This document shows positions 10,101 through 21,414 of a DNA stretch of 64,000 nucleotides, one piece after another. Each line of letters opens with the position of its first letter. Positions within the stretch are counted from its first letter, which is position 1. The translations under genes and the position numbers were made by a program. The notes below the pieces were generated by a model. The model saw nothing but the letters and a program-made list of their open reading frames with translations, was not told the origin of the DNA and did no database searches. The stretch is from Nitrospirota bacterium. GTDB lineage: Bacteria; Nitrospirota; UBA9217. The stretch is taken from positions 640,001 through 704,000 of the forward strand of contig CAVUCU010000001.1 in assembly GCA_963740085.1 (NCBI GenBank), written 5' to 3'.

Positions 10101-11146
10101 AGGTCTCCATACGTCCCCCATTTCGACGTGTCCCATTTGGAGTCCTGTGTGGCTATGTTCTTCGGCACAAAGGTCTTGTCCTGTATGACCAGGGGGACCA
10201 GGTGGGCGAGGTCCCAGGGTTGCGCATCGCCTAAGGTGCCCGGAACGCCCGCATTGTACAGTGCATTTTCGTCAGCAGGATTTCGCAGCAAGTACCCCGC
10301 GGCCATGCCCGCGTACACGTTCAGGCGCGTGATGCCTACTGCGTGGTCGTGAAAGAACATAAACCTGCCGCTCTGCTGGTTGGACCAGTAAAGCGTCTCC
10401 GCACCGGCGCCGGGGTCCGGCATATCCGGGACATTCACCTGGCTCGGACCTGTTTTCAAGGTTGTGGTATCTCCCGCAGGCGTGATCCATTGATGCGGTG
10501 TACCGTCGCTGATCCAGGGCGTATTGCCCCCGTGCAGATGAACGCTGGCCCTGTTCTCTGTATAGCAGGTCGCAGGTTTGGGTGAAAGATTGCAGTCTGT
10601 TCCCGGGGGCGAGGTAGCGCTCGTGCCCGCACCCATGAGGCTAGTGTCAACGGGGATGAAAAGATTTCCCGCTGTGCCGGTCGGCAGACTGTTCACGAAC
10701 TTCAGGCGCACCGGGCGGTTCGTGGTGGCGACGATCAACGGCCCAAGATAATGATTTACACTTGCAGTGCCTGATGTATTGATCTGATAATAGCCCCTGA
10801 GTGTCGTTTTCTTGGGGAGGTCGGAATGCATCTTTTCGGAATACTGCCTTAATCCAATCTCATAATAATCGGATCCGGTATAGGTAGTGGTGTCCGCTTG
10901 AGCAAGCGGGATGCACTGCCCAAGCTCGTTTACGCCGTTGTTCGTCGGCCCCCAGGTCGAAACATTGCAGATACCGGGAAGCGAGTCAACGAACTTTCTG
11001 AGGGCCGTTCCGGTAACGCCGCTCGCAGGGCTGTTGGCATAATAGGTCCCGCCCCCCGGCCCTGCGTATGCCATATTTTTTCCACCTACTAGTAAAGCGA
11101 TCGCGATAATCATTGTGATCGATATGACTATACGTCGACTCCTCAT
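7133..11146 (-). CDS. Large secreted multicopper oxidase (OmpB/MofA-like) with FN3, chitobiase/Ig-like and dockerin-like C-terminal domains
   Basis: All four Cu-binding motifs HLHGG, FFHDH, HPVHFH, WHCHILGHEENDFM; signal peptide; FN3 (LSWADN..YDYQVRAFN); IYYTTDGSQP; duplicated D-rich C-terminal motif. Confidence 0.9.
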   Translation of the reverse strand: MRSRRIVISITMIIAIALLVGGKNMAYAGPGGGTYYANSPASGVTGTALRKFVDSLPGICNVSTWGPTNNGVNELGQCIPLAQADTTTYTGSDYYEIGLRQYSEKMHSDLPKKTTLRGYYQINTSGTASVNHYLGPLIVATTNRPVRLKFVNSLPTGTAGNLFIPVDTSLMGAGTSATSPPGTDCNLSPKPATCYTENRASVHLHGGNTPWISDGTPHQWITPAGDTTTLKTGPSQVNVPDMPDPGAGAETLYWSNQQSGRFMFFHDHAVGITRLNVYAGMAAGYLLRNPADENALYNAGVPGTLGDAQPWDLAHLVPLVIQDKTFVPKNIATQDSKWDTSKWGTYGDLWFPHVYEANQDPNSPDGANPFGRWDYGPWFWPPVIVDPAYAVLPEPSTTPEAFMDTPVVNGTAYPYMVVQPTKYRFQILNACNDRVINLQLYYANPGDPTGKEVKMVPAAANPSYPADWPIDGRDGGVPDPATVGPNMIQIGSEGGLLPNPAVIPNRPIGYDYNRRNIVVLNTLYRALMLGPAERADVIIDFSSVPSGSKLILYNDAPAPNPAYDVRYDYYTGDPDNTFQGGAPSTLVGYGPNTRTIMQFQVQGTPTAAFDATQLNAALPAIFAASQPTPVVPESQFNAAYAQTFEDHFGKISDYRMTFTPINTTIPVIMPFRSKAIQELWDPYGRMNATLGVELPFTTNLNQTTIPMGYAEPATEIFAENQPQIWKITHNGVDTHPVHFHLFNVQLLNRVGWDGAIRPPDDNEYGWKETIRMNPLEDVIVAIKPLDQYGLPFALPTSTRALEPSQAATYQVPTTDLTTTPPMAITVPNDPTDFGFEYVWHCHILGHEENDFMRPMIFRVPTAPPAAPGGLAVQNGGPGTGYGTNENVLSWADNANNLATFEVQRSPQGAGTWTTLAYMQSLPTFTPTYVDSLVDSGIPYDYQVRAFNYIVPNTSNAGTNVQSRGDSAFIQALNITTNTFGDASAVTLTANKPSPHPIGTNVLFTAVASGGTSSMVYKYQFSKDGVVQQAYSTFSSWAMSAATPIGTYVIDVAAKASPSDPGVSSSMTYTVVSPSAPIVAVDPYTLPGIYTGPTVTVIMYISTSTPATIYYTTDGSQPTTSSSQYLSSGITVTATKTINYYPVDVNGTAGAFVSGTWTIHSPDMVASMLINNGAISINTTTANLTLSAVDPAVCPNFPTGVQSMQFSNDGITYSAEEPYATSKIWNLAPGPDGPRTVYVKFRDCSLPLTPAPGGTLYSPITATINLIALPSGNLGYNGTVGDALRALLIAAGVVSPTATDMMNGDVAPLIGGIPHPDGTIDMGDVIVLLRKAVGLVTW

Positions 11147-11250
11147 AACACCCTCCGCAGAAACCTTTTTGTCGTTATCTGATTAATTGTTAGATACTCT
11201 GGCCGCACGGGAAAGACGGCCGGATCGGGACAATCTGATATAGCGAGACA

Positions 11251-11532
11251 TTACTGTGGGCCCGCCTCGGCGGCTTTTTCTTTATTGATCTGCTCCTGCC
11301 TCAGTATTCTCTGTTGTTTCAGCTCAAGCTTGGCCTTGTTGCGCCTGGAGATTGAGGCATTGCCCGATGTGGACCGGGCTTTTTCGTTGGACTGGATTGA
11401 GGGTTGTTCCCGAAGCTGTCCTTCAGCCTGAGGAGTGGCTATAGTAAGACCCGATTTCGCGAGGACAAGTGCACTGACGAACGTCAGCAGCATGATTCCG
11501 ATTGCGATTGTTGATGTTTTTTTCATGGACAT
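11251..11532 (-). CDS. Small exported hypothetical protein
   Basis: N-terminal hydrophobic signal, GGGAG RBS, co-oriented with neighbours. Confidence 0.6.
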   Translation of the reverse strand: MSMKKTSTIAIGIMLLTFVSALVLAKSGLTIATPQAEGQLREQPSIQSNEKARSTSGNASISRRNKAKLELKQQRILRQEQINKEKAAEAGPQ

Positions 11533-11574
11533 AAACTCCCTTCTTTATCAAACAGTATAACCGATGATATTTCT

Positions 11575-11937
11575 TTATGGCTTCGAAGCCGGCCTTGCAG
11601 ACGGGGTAGCACTCGGCATTGTCGCCAGAACCCGGGCCGTTCTCTTCTTTTGCATTATCTCCGTCTGAATCGCGTTAAGGACCGCACGCAATTCTTTTTC
11701 GCTTATCAGCAGTTTCCCCCCTGAAAGCTCATCTTTCATGCCTTGTATCACTTTGTCCAGCTCTATATCACTGCCGCCCCTATATTGTCTGAAGTTTCTG
11801 ATCGTACTGACGCCGATACTGTAGTTCACCTTGTCCATCTGGGTCTTGAGCACGGGCTTCTCGCCGGGAAATGCTGGTGAAGTCAAAAGCACAACCCCCA
11901 GGACCACCATCCAATTCATCATTATCCGAAGTTTCAT
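11575..11937 (-). CDS. FKBP-type PPIase N-terminal (dimerisation) domain-only protein
   Basis: LKTQMDKVNYSIGV...DKVIQGMKDEL...LLISEKE is FKBP_N-like; no catalytic FKBP_C domain before the stop. Confidence 0.75.
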   Translation of the reverse strand: MKLRIMMNWMVVLGVVLLTSPAFPGEKPVLKTQMDKVNYSIGVSTIRNFRQYRGGSDIELDKVIQGMKDELSGGKLLISEKELRAVLNAIQTEIMQKKRTARVLATMPSATPSARPASKP

Positions 11938-12334
11938 TATTCCCCTGTTGCCGACGCAAAACCAAGCGCGTTCGGTTAGTTCTTTTTTGAAATTAATAAG
12001 GGCAGCGCTCAGTACAGACTCTTGCAAAACGAGCGCCTTAGTTTACCACTTTTGTACTATTATAATCAAGCGCAATGCTGCATCGGATATAGGAGAGAGT
12101 GAAGATTTAACGAAGGGTTATTGACAGGTTATTAAAACGTACCTCTGAATCTGATTTGTAACAGTGCCTCAATGACACTCCCTGCCGCACCTCCTGCCAA
12201 CGAGAACAAAAAAAGGAAAGACGATAAACGTCTTCCCTCGATCATTTGCAGCTGCGATTTTTACAAAAGTCCAATTTGCGCCTGCCGTGCCCGGGATCTA
12301 CCTGCAGGCTGCCTGACAATTCCTTCTTTCTCAT

Positions 12335-12844
12335 CTACGCTAGTTTTCCGATTCCAGAGCTAGCATTCTTCTCGAAGAAGGTAAGATCTCCGGCCCTGCC
12401 TGGCATTGATACGCTCCTGTTATAAGGATTCGTATGAAAGGATATATGTACAGCCTCGACCTGCTGTTTTGTCAAATAAGTGTGAAGCCTCTCATAAATC
12501 TTTTCACGCAAAGTTTTCGCATCGTGAGTATCTGTTTCCGTAAAAATAACTCCCAACACCGATGCGCGTCTGTACCAGCCCTTGATATCAGTATCGCGAC
12601 TAGACGCCAATATTGTCTCCACGACCCCTCTGAGAGCGTCACGCCTGCTCTGGAGGTCGCTGATCCCGGAAACTGTCAGCGTCATCAGCAGAAAGGGAAT
12701 CCCCGAGCGTTCGCTTCGTTTTCGCTCGAACTCGAGCATCTCAAGAAAATTTTCTTCACGGTAGACGCCGTAATCATCATCCAGCAACGACTGGGAGTGC
12801 CATTGGGAAAACGAATGATTATTTTCCTGCAAAAATGTTTTCAC
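12335..12844 (-). CDS. Hypothetical protein resembling the N-terminal degenerate GGDEF-like domain of exopolysaccharide sugar transferases
   Basis: FLEMLEFERKRSERSGIPFLLM...RDTDIKGWY...LGVIFTE pattern. Confidence 0.55.
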   Translation of the reverse strand: MKTFLQENNHSFSQWHSQSLLDDDYGVYREENFLEMLEFERKRSERSGIPFLLMTLTVSGISDLQSRRDALRGVVETILASSRDTDIKGWYRRASVLGVIFTETDTHDAKTLREKIYERLHTYLTKQQVEAVHISFHTNPYNRSVSMPGRAGDLTFFEKNASSGIGKLA

Positions 12845-12861
12845 CGGATATCCCTCCCGAC

Positions 12862-13824
12862 TTACAGCACGTCCGACAATTCCATATTGTTTATCTTTGT
12901 TTGTTTTCTGATCCTGTCGATCGCCTTTTTCTCTATCTGCCTGACGCGTTCCCGCGTGATGCCGAACCGTTTGCCGATAGTGTTCAGGGTCCAGGGGGAC
13001 TCATCCTTCAGTCCATAACGCAATTCGACGACCCTGCGCTCCGCCTCGGTCAGTTCGGAGATCCATTCGTCGATCTGCTTGCGCCTCCTCATTGCATCAG
13101 AATCGGCATCCGGGGACGGGGTATGGGTGTCCGCCAGATAGTCCTTCAGCGTCTCATCCCCGTCCTCCATGACGATGACGTCAAGCGAATGAGTTTCCCG
13201 CGAGACCTGTGAGAACATCCGGACCTTCTCAATACTGAGGTGCATTGCTTCAGCGATCTCTTCAGGATAGGGATTCCGTCTCAGCTGCTGCTTCAATTTT
13301 TTCTCCGTGCGGGTATACCGATAGACCTCCTCGGAAACATGTACGGGAAGGCGGATGGTCCTGACCTGATTCGTGATGGCCCGCTCGATCGCCTGTTTGA
13401 TCCACCAGCTGGCATACGTGCTGAACTTGAATCCCCGCTTATAATCGAATTTCTCAACGGCCCTGATCAGGCCCAGGTTGCCCTCCTCTATGATATCCGA
13501 GAACGGCAGCCCCCTTGAAACATATCGTTTCCCGATCGCAACGACAAGCCGCAGATTGGCTTCGATCATCCTGCTGCGCGCTTCCAGGTCGCCCTCCGCG
13601 ACCTTCTTTGCGAGTTCCTGCTCCTGCTCGAACGTGAGAAGCGGCATCTTTCTCATTTCCTTGAAATAGAACGAAATGACATCGGAGGTCTTGGACGGCG
13701 ATTCTTTCTCTGCACCGTCAAGGCGAACATCTGCAGCTTCATCTCTCCCGGCCCTGCCATCGGGCATATCATCGGAAAAATCAATTTCTGCCCTGTCTTC
13801 AGCAACCTGATGTAATGCGTTCAT
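12862..13824 (-). CDS. Sigma-70 family sigma factor, RpoS-like (group 2)
   Basis: Region 1.2 ([13 protein letters not shown]), region 2 ([32 protein letters not shown]), region 4 (TRERVRQIE); no region 1.1. Confidence 0.9.
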   Translation of the reverse strand: MNALHQVAEDRAEIDFSDDMPDGRAGRDEAADVRLDGAEKESPSKTSDVISFYFKEMRKMPLLTFEQEQELAKKVAEGDLEARSRMIEANLRLVVAIGKRYVSRGLPFSDIIEEGNLGLIRAVEKFDYKRGFKFSTYASWWIKQAIERAITNQVRTIRLPVHVSEEVYRYTRTEKKLKQQLRRNPYPEEIAEAMHLSIEKVRMFSQVSRETHSLDVIVMEDGDETLKDYLADTHTPSPDADSDAMRRRKQIDEWISELTEAERRVVELRYGLKDESPWTLNTIGKRFGITRERVRQIEKKAIDRIRKQTKINNMELSDVL

Positions 13825-13899
13825 ATGTTTTCTCCTCGCGTAATCATGATCAGTACAGGTACTGCGCTGCTCACGCGGCCAGTGAAAGAAATCCGCTTT

Positions 13900-14319
13900 T
13901 TACATTACGGCATGATGCTGGACGAGGCGGCGGCTGTTCTTCACCTCGATCGGCTCAACGTTCCAGGCGAGCGCCATTACGTCATTGATCTGCTTAAGGG
14001 AAAAGGGTTTCTCGATACACCCGGACACGCGCATTTCACCCAGCTTCTCCCTTACCTCCGGGGAGAGGGAGCCGCTCATGACGAACAAGGGGACCCGGGG
14101 ACATCTCTTGTTCCTGTGTTCGATCACCCCGTAACCGTCCATGACCGGCATATCAAGGTCCGTCAGGATCAACGCGACCGGCATGGAATCGATCAGCGCG
14201 ATGCCTTCCGCCCCGTTTCTCGCGGTGAGAATGTTACAGTCGTGCAACGGCGTCTCGATGGACGCGGCAAGCACCTCCAGAAGTTGAATGTTGTCATCAA
14301 TGAGAAGAATGTTGTACAT
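13900..14319 (-). CDS. Single-domain response regulator
   Basis: ILLIDD, TDLDMPVMDG, KPF. Confidence 0.88.
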   Translation of the reverse strand: MYNILLIDDNIQLLEVLAASIETPLHDCNILTARNGAEGIALIDSMPVALILTDLDMPVMDGYGVIEHRNKRCPRVPLFVMSGSLSPEVREKLGEMRVSGCIEKPFSLKQINDVMALAWNVEPIEVKNSRRLVQHHAVM

Positions 14320-14740
14320 GGCCGTCCCCTCCCGGCGGGTTTTTCCGGTTTCTCCCGCTGAGCGCTTGCTTCACGATCAGTTCGAACTCCTTTTTCTTGA
14401 TCGGTTTGTTGACAAACTCGAATGCACCGAGGCTGACCGAACGCAGGTAGGTTTCGATGCTACCATATGCGGTGATCATGACCACCGGAAGAAGCGGACG
14501 CAATTTCCTCAACGCTAAGATGAAATCGAGCCCGTTCTCGCCGGGCATTCGATAATCGGTTATGACTAGATCGACCTCAGTATCACCCCGGAGCAGTTCC
14601 AGGGCGGCATTGACATCCCCCCGGGCGATGACCCGGTAATCCAGGTCCGTCAGGATCTCACTGTAGCTTCTGACATTCTCCGGATCATCATCCACGACAA
14701 GAATGGTCTTGGTTTTTTTAATGCGCGTGCTGACCGCCAT
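14297..14740 (-). CDS. Single-domain response regulator (start codon uncertain)
   Basis: ILVVDDD, TDYRMPGENG, ITAYG, KPI. Confidence 0.85.
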   Translation of the reverse strand: MAVSTRIKKTKTILVVDDDPENVRSYSEILTDLDYRVIARGDVNAALELLRGDTEVDLVITDYRMPGENGLDFILALRKLRPLLPVVMITAYGSIETYLRSVSLGAFEFVNKPIKKKEFELIVKQALSGRNRKNPPGGDGHVQHSSH

Positions 14741-14796
14741 AAGTAGTATCGTGAGCACCTATGAATAGAATAATATGAAGAATGTATTGGATGAGA

Positions 14797-14812
14797 AGCA
14801 AGGCTGATGCCA
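14797..14812 (-). promoter_or_regulatory. Sigma-54 (-24/-12) promoter
   Basis: Minus strand TGGCATCAGCCTTGCT (GG-N10-GC) in an AT-rich spacer directly downstream of an NtrC-type activator gene. Confidence 0.75.
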
Positions 14813-15013
14813 GAATTGAATAGCTATGAGAATCAACGTGATAGAGAATATGTTAGGGGATGAAAAGCTGAAGGTGTTTCATTTTGAACGGTTTGTTTTG
14901 GACTTGTCGGATTAAATTGATCAAGCGCACGCTTTCGACGCGGGACAAACATACGTTTGCGCAGGTGAAGCGAACAGCACCATTTTTTTATGAAACTGGC
15001 ATCGAATACTGTC

Positions 15014-16349
<1,336 letters not shown>

Positions 16350-16363
<14 letters not shown>

Positions 16364-18737
16364 TGGTACCCTCCGGAAGCGAAATGGTCGCGACGGTCCC
16401 GATGTCCTTCCTGCTTTCTATTGCAATAGTGCCCTTCATCCTGGTGATCATTTTTTTGACGATCACGAGCCCGAGGCCCGTCCCGCTCGCCTTGGTCGTG
16501 AAAAAGGGTTTGAACAGGTCCTTTACCTTGTCCTCCGGGATCCCGCATCCATTGTCTTCCACTTCGATACTGATGATGCCGTCCGACCTGGAGATACGGA
16601 CGGCGATATTCGGATGGTCCCGCTCTCGAACAGCATCGGTGGCATTGGTGACGAGGTTCAGCAGCACCTGTTGCAGCGCCCGTGGATCAGCATGCAGCCG
16701 GTCTGCCTGCGGGTCCATCTTGACATCGAGCGCAATTCCTTTTTTCTCGAGGTCATCTTTTACGAGCGGCAGGAACTGTTCCATGAATGATGCTACCCTG
16801 ATCTGCTGTGGTTCCTGGGTCTCGAACATGTTGAAGCTTTTAAGAGAGCGCAGAAGAAATTCCACCCGGCCGATCTGGGCCACGATCCGGTCGAGATAGT
16901 CCCTGATCGCCTCCTGGGACAGGTTCGGAAGTTTGGAGCTCAGGATGCCCAGTATCATGTTGACGGAATTGATGGGGTTCCCGATCTCGTGCCGCACGCC
17001 GGAAAAAATATAGCCGATGCTGTCAATGGTATTGACCGACTCGGCAATGGACTCGAGCCGGAGCCTCTCGGTAATGTCCCTCTTCAGGGAAACGTAATTC
17101 AGGATCTCTCCCAAAGGGCCCTTTACCGGAGATACCGTACTGTCTTCATAGTACAGGGTCCCGTCTTTCTTTTTACTGACCATCTGCCCCCGCCAGACGC
17201 CGTCACGCCGGATCGCGTCCCTGAGTTCCTGGTAGAACTGAGTTCCCTGCCTGCCGCTGTCCAGCAGGTGAATTTTCTGACCAAGCAGCTCATCCCTCGT
17301 ATATCCCGTTATCTGCTCGAATGCCTGGTTCACATACTGGATCAGGCCCGACGAGGGCTCGGTGATGATAACCCCGTCGGCCGTGGCTTCCAGCGCGGAG
17401 ACCAGACGCGCCCGCTCTTCCTCAACATCGAATCGGTAGATCGCCTCGCCGATGATATACCCCAGCTGCTCAAGAAACTCGACGTTCTTAAGCGGCACCA
17501 GGCCTTCCTGCTGATCGGCAAGATGGATCACCCCCAGCGGTTGGCCCCGGTATCGAATGGGAACAACGGCAAGGGATTTGAAGCCAAACTGCGTGCAGGC
17601 GCCGCGATACTGCCGCTTCTCATCCTTTGCCAGACCGTCGATGAAATTGACGGTGTTGTTGCAATAGAACGAGCCGTTCGCCGTCATAAAGGGAAGGTCC
17701 GAAGACACTGGCTTTCCCGCTATGATCCGGGTACAGATACAACGGTCCTCGACAAGCGATAGACTGTTCTCCTGCTTCAGAAATACATCGCTATATCCAT
17801 CACAGGCCTCGAACGGCACTTTATGGTCCGGATGTTCGATCCGTACCCCGACATTGCGGCAGGCGCTCCAGTCACGGAGCAGACCGCAGACGGCGTAAAG
17901 ATATTCCCTGCGCGTGATCGCATCGGTAAACAGTTTGAGGAGTGCGTTCATTGCTTCGGTTTTCTTCTGCGTATCCTTGCGCTCGGTGATGTCGCGAGCG
18001 ATGATGCTGAGCATGGGGTTGCCTTCCCGGTCCCGGAACAGGACCGAGGAAATTTCACAGGGGACCCTCGTTCCGTCCTTCCTGATGACATCAACCTCGC
18101 CGCGGGTCCTTCCGGTCCGCTCTCGCTCGGAGATGAGGGACGCGACGTGAGGATCCGCCTGGTTGACGATATGGGATCTGCCCGACCGGCGGATCTCGTC
18201 CTCGGTCATATCGAGGAGCTTACAGGCGGCGGGGTTTGCCGACACAATGGCCCCGTCCGGTTTCATGAGTACAACGGCGTCAAGACTTGATTCGAACAGC
18301 CGGTGGTATTGCTCCTCGCTCGCCCGCAGATCTTCCTCGGCCTTCCCGCGCTCACGGCGTATGCCGGCTTCGCGCAGTTCCCGTTCCACGGCGGGGGCGA
18401 GCCTGGAAAAATTCCCTTTGATGATATAATCGTGGGCGCCTGCTTTCATCGCCTCCACGGCGATGTCCTCACCGATATTGCCCGACACAATGATGAACGG
18501 AAGGTCGAGGCCGCTGTCCTTGAGAACGGCCAGGGCCTCGGGTCCGCTGAACTTGGGAAGGATGTAATCGGAGATGACGATGTCCCATTTCCGGTTCGTG
18601 AGCGCTGAGCGCATGGCTTCAGGCGTGTCGACGCGCTCATGGTCCGGATCATAGCCGGCGCGCCGCAGTTCTCGCAGCAGGAGCAGACAGTCGTCCTCGG
18701 AATCCTCTACGACCAGTATTTTTAAAGGCGTGGTCAT
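16350..18737 (-). CDS. Hybrid sensor histidine kinase (REC-PAS-GAF-PAS-HisKA-HATPase)
   Basis: N-terminal REC, two PAS/PAC domains (RDITERK), HEIGNP H-box, N/G1/F/G2 boxes. Confidence 0.92.
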
Positions 18738-18747
18738 GGTAAATAAT

Positions 18748-18826
18748 AGTTCAGAGTTAAAAGTTCAGTGTTCAGTGTTCAGGGTTCAGCTTTTACAACG
18801 AACTATGAACTGTGAACGCTGAACTG
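18748..18826. repeat. Inverted heptamer tandem-repeat hairpin
   Basis: About six NGTTCAG units followed by about four complementary (T/C)GAACTG-like units. Confidence 0.75.
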
Positions 18827-18834
18827 TAATTACG

Positions 18835-19266
18835 TTACGGCGCCTCATTCAACACGAGCCAATAGAGCCCCAACTGCTGGACTGCATTGACGAACTGCTC
18901 GAAATCCACGGGCTTGCGAATATAGCTGTTCGCGCCGAGCTTGTAGCTTTCGACGCGGTCCTTGTCCTCGCTGGAGGTCGTCAGGACCACGATCGGGAGG
19001 AGCCTCGTCCGCTCGTCGCTGCGCACGCGCTGCAGCACTTCGAGCCCGTCCATGCGGGGCATCTTGAGGTCGAGCAGGACCACCTGAGGCAGGACACGGG
19101 TGTCCCGGCCCGCATATTTGCCCGTGCCGAACAGGTAGTCAAGGGCCTCGACCCCGTCCTGGGCGATCACCACCTCGTTCATGATCTTGCTTTTTTTGAG
19201 CGCCCGAAGCGTGAGCTGAACGTCATCGGGATTGTCCTCTGCCAAGAGAATGATCTTGGAGTTCAT
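18835..19266 (-). CDS. Single-domain response regulator (Rcp1-like)
   Basis: LAEDNPDD, LLDLKMPRMDG, LTTS, GANSYIRKPVDF. Confidence 0.92.
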   Translation of the reverse strand: MNSKIILLAEDNPDDVQLTLRALKKSKIMNEVVIAQDGVEALDYLFGTGKYAGRDTRVLPQVVLLDLKMPRMDGLEVLQRVRSDERTRLLPIVVLTTSSEDKDRVESYKLGANSYIRKPVDFEQFVNAVQQLGLYWLVLNEAP

Positions 19267-19291
19267 GGGGTTCTCCTTTTATTTGTTTTCG

Positions 19292-21199
19292 TCACAAGGT
19301 AAAATAAACCGTTGTACCTTTCCCGACCTCGCTCTCTATCCATACGCGGCCGCCGTGACGGTTGACGATGCGTTTGACCGTGGCCAGGCCGATGCCGGTG
19401 CCGGCGAACTCCGAGGTCTTGTGAAGCCGCTGGAAGGGATTGAACAGCTTGTCCGCGTACGTCATGTCAAAGCCCGCACCGTTGTCCCTCACGAAATACG
19501 CGCGCTCGCCGCCGATCTCCACGGTTCCGAATTCTACCACAGGCGCGGTTGCCTTTTCACTAAATTTCCACGCGTTGCTGAACAGATTTTCGATCACCAC
19601 GGTCAGCAGCCGTTCGTCGCCGGTTGCGGAAAGCCCTTCGCTGATGACGAATTCAGTGCCCCCCGGGTTGCTTTCACGGAGATGCGCGGCGATTTTCACG
19701 GCTGTCGCGCTCAGGTCCACACGCTCACGCTTCAATTCCATCCGGGCCACACGGGAAAGCTTCAGCAGATCGTCGATGAGTTGGGACATGCGCTGTGTCG
19801 CGCCGCGCACGCGCGCCAGGTAGTCCTTGCCTTCGGCATCCAGTTTGTCGGCGTAGTCTTCGAGCAGCGCGAGGCTGAAACCGTCGATGCTCCGGAGCGG
19901 AGAGCGAAGGTCATGCGACACCGAGTAGCTGAATGCCTCCAACTCCCGGTTCGACTCTTCCAGCTGTCGAACATGATGATTGAGCTCCTCGTTCAGCTTT
20001 GCGACCGACTCTTCCGCCCGCTTGCGTTCGGCGATCTCTTCGTTCAACTCATCACGCGAAGCGGTGATCATCTTCAGGTCCCGGGTCATTTTGTCAAATG
20101 TCCTTGAAAGCTGGCCTATTTCGTCTTTTAGATGGGTTCCAACTTTATAGTCCAGGTTGCCGCTCCCTACTATTTCCGCGCCCCTGGAGAGCGCTTTAAT
20201 AGGGCCCGAAATGGACCGGGCGATCGAAGATGCTATGATGCCGCAAAGAACAAGAACAATTGCTAAAACTATCGTTACCAGCTTCCGCAGCTTCATTTCA
20301 TCGGCAAAGGCCTCCTCGACATCAATTTTGGCTACCATTCCCCAGTCCAGGGAAGGGAGGTATCGCCAGGCTGCGATAACTTTTTTGCCCCGGTAATCGA
20401 TCAACTGGCCGACCCCGTTTCTGCCTTGCACTGCCTCTTGAATGGGTCCGCCAAGCGCGCCTCCCATGCTTACACTTTTATTCAGGACCGTGGTCGTGTC
20501 ATGCCGCAAGGGATTTAAAAAGATGACGTTGTTTCCTGCTTTCTTCCCCACCAGGACTTCTCCGGTATTGCCCAGACCGCTCACATCATGGATGATCCTA
20601 TAAACGGAATTCAGGTCCACCTCAAAAGCGATCACCCCGATGAAAGCGTCGTCAGAACCGAAGACCGGAGCGGTGATCAGCATTCCCGGTGCATCCTCAT
20701 GCGCCCTGTTCATAAAGATATCGGAAAAATAGATTTCTTTTTCCCCTTTTTCAAAGGCCTTTTGCTGCGGGTCGGGAAGGAGATGCAAAAAATCTTTTCT
20801 CATGTGCTTGAGATTGCTTGAGTAAATGATCGCTCCCCGGGGATTAACCAGCATAATATCGGAAAGGTGCAAGAGCGATTGCATGTGCTGCAATTGTTTG
20901 TCGAGCGTTTTTTTGGCAGTGCGATACTCCGCATCATCCGGATCGCGGGCAAGACGGTTCAATAGGGGAAGATTTTTTTTTACGTCGTAATTGCCCTGGG
21001 CCACCTCTATATTCGCCTTCAGCCCCGCAAAATATGTTTCGATCCTCTCCGCCTTAAAAGCGGCAATATTCTGCAATTCGGAAAGGCGATTGGTCTCCAG
21101 GGAATTTTTATAATTCGTGAAGGTCAACACACTGATGAATAATGAAGGGACCGAGACAAAAACCAGGAACATAATGGTAAGTTTTATTCTGATTGACAT
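19292..21199 (-). CDS. Membrane sensor histidine kinase (Cache-HAMP-HisKA-HATPase)
   Basis: Two TM segments flanking a periplasmic domain, HAMP (DEIGQL), FSYSVSHDLRSPL, GTGIGLA. Confidence 0.92.
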   Translation of the reverse strand: MSIRIKLTIMFLVFVSVPSLFISVLTFTNYKNSLETNRLSELQNIAAFKAERIETYFAGLKANIEVAQGNYDVKKNLPLLNRLARDPDDAEYRTAKKTLDKQLQHMQSLLHLSDIMLVNPRGAIIYSSNLKHMRKDFLHLLPDPQQKAFEKGEKEIYFSDIFMNRAHEDAPGMLITAPVFGSDDAFIGVIAFEVDLNSVYRIIHDVSGLGNTGEVLVGKKAGNNVIFLNPLRHDTTTVLNKSVSMGGALGGPIQEAVQGRNGVGQLIDYRGKKVIAAWRYLPSLDWGMVAKIDVEEAFADEMKLRKLVTIVLAIVLVLCGIIASSIARSISGPIKALSRGAEIVGSGNLDYKVGTHLKDEIGQLSRTFDKMTRDLKMITASRDELNEEIAERKRAEESVAKLNEELNHHVRQLEESNRELEAFSYSVSHDLRSPLRSIDGFSLALLEDYADKLDAEGKDYLARVRGATQRMSQLIDDLLKLSRVARMELKRERVDLSATAVKIAAHLRESNPGGTEFVISEGLSATGDERLLTVVIENLFSNAWKFSEKATAPVVEFGTVEIGGERAYFVRDNGAGFDMTYADKLFNPFQRLHKTSEFAGTGIGLATVKRIVNRHGGRVWIESEVGKGTTVYFTL

Positions 21200-21414
21200 G
21201 TCAACCCTACCCTAAAGATACACATAGTATTGCCGTTGCAGGCCATGGCTGTGACAATTTGCTGAATAAATCGTGGCAGGTGTTGAACCGGCAACCGTCC
21301 GTAACCTTGCGGCCATTATAAGGTCTCGGGAAGGCTAAAGCAATGCAAAATCGGGAAACCTCTCAGCAAACACAATTTTATATCCCTGAAAGATACGTGC
21401 GACCTTCCGGAGCA

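Noticed and set aside
11940-12330. Cyclic-dinucleotide (GEMM) riboswitch upstream of the oxidase cluster
   Set aside because: A GACGCAAAAC fragment occurs only on the non-coding strand and lacks the paired GNRA/receptor hairpins.
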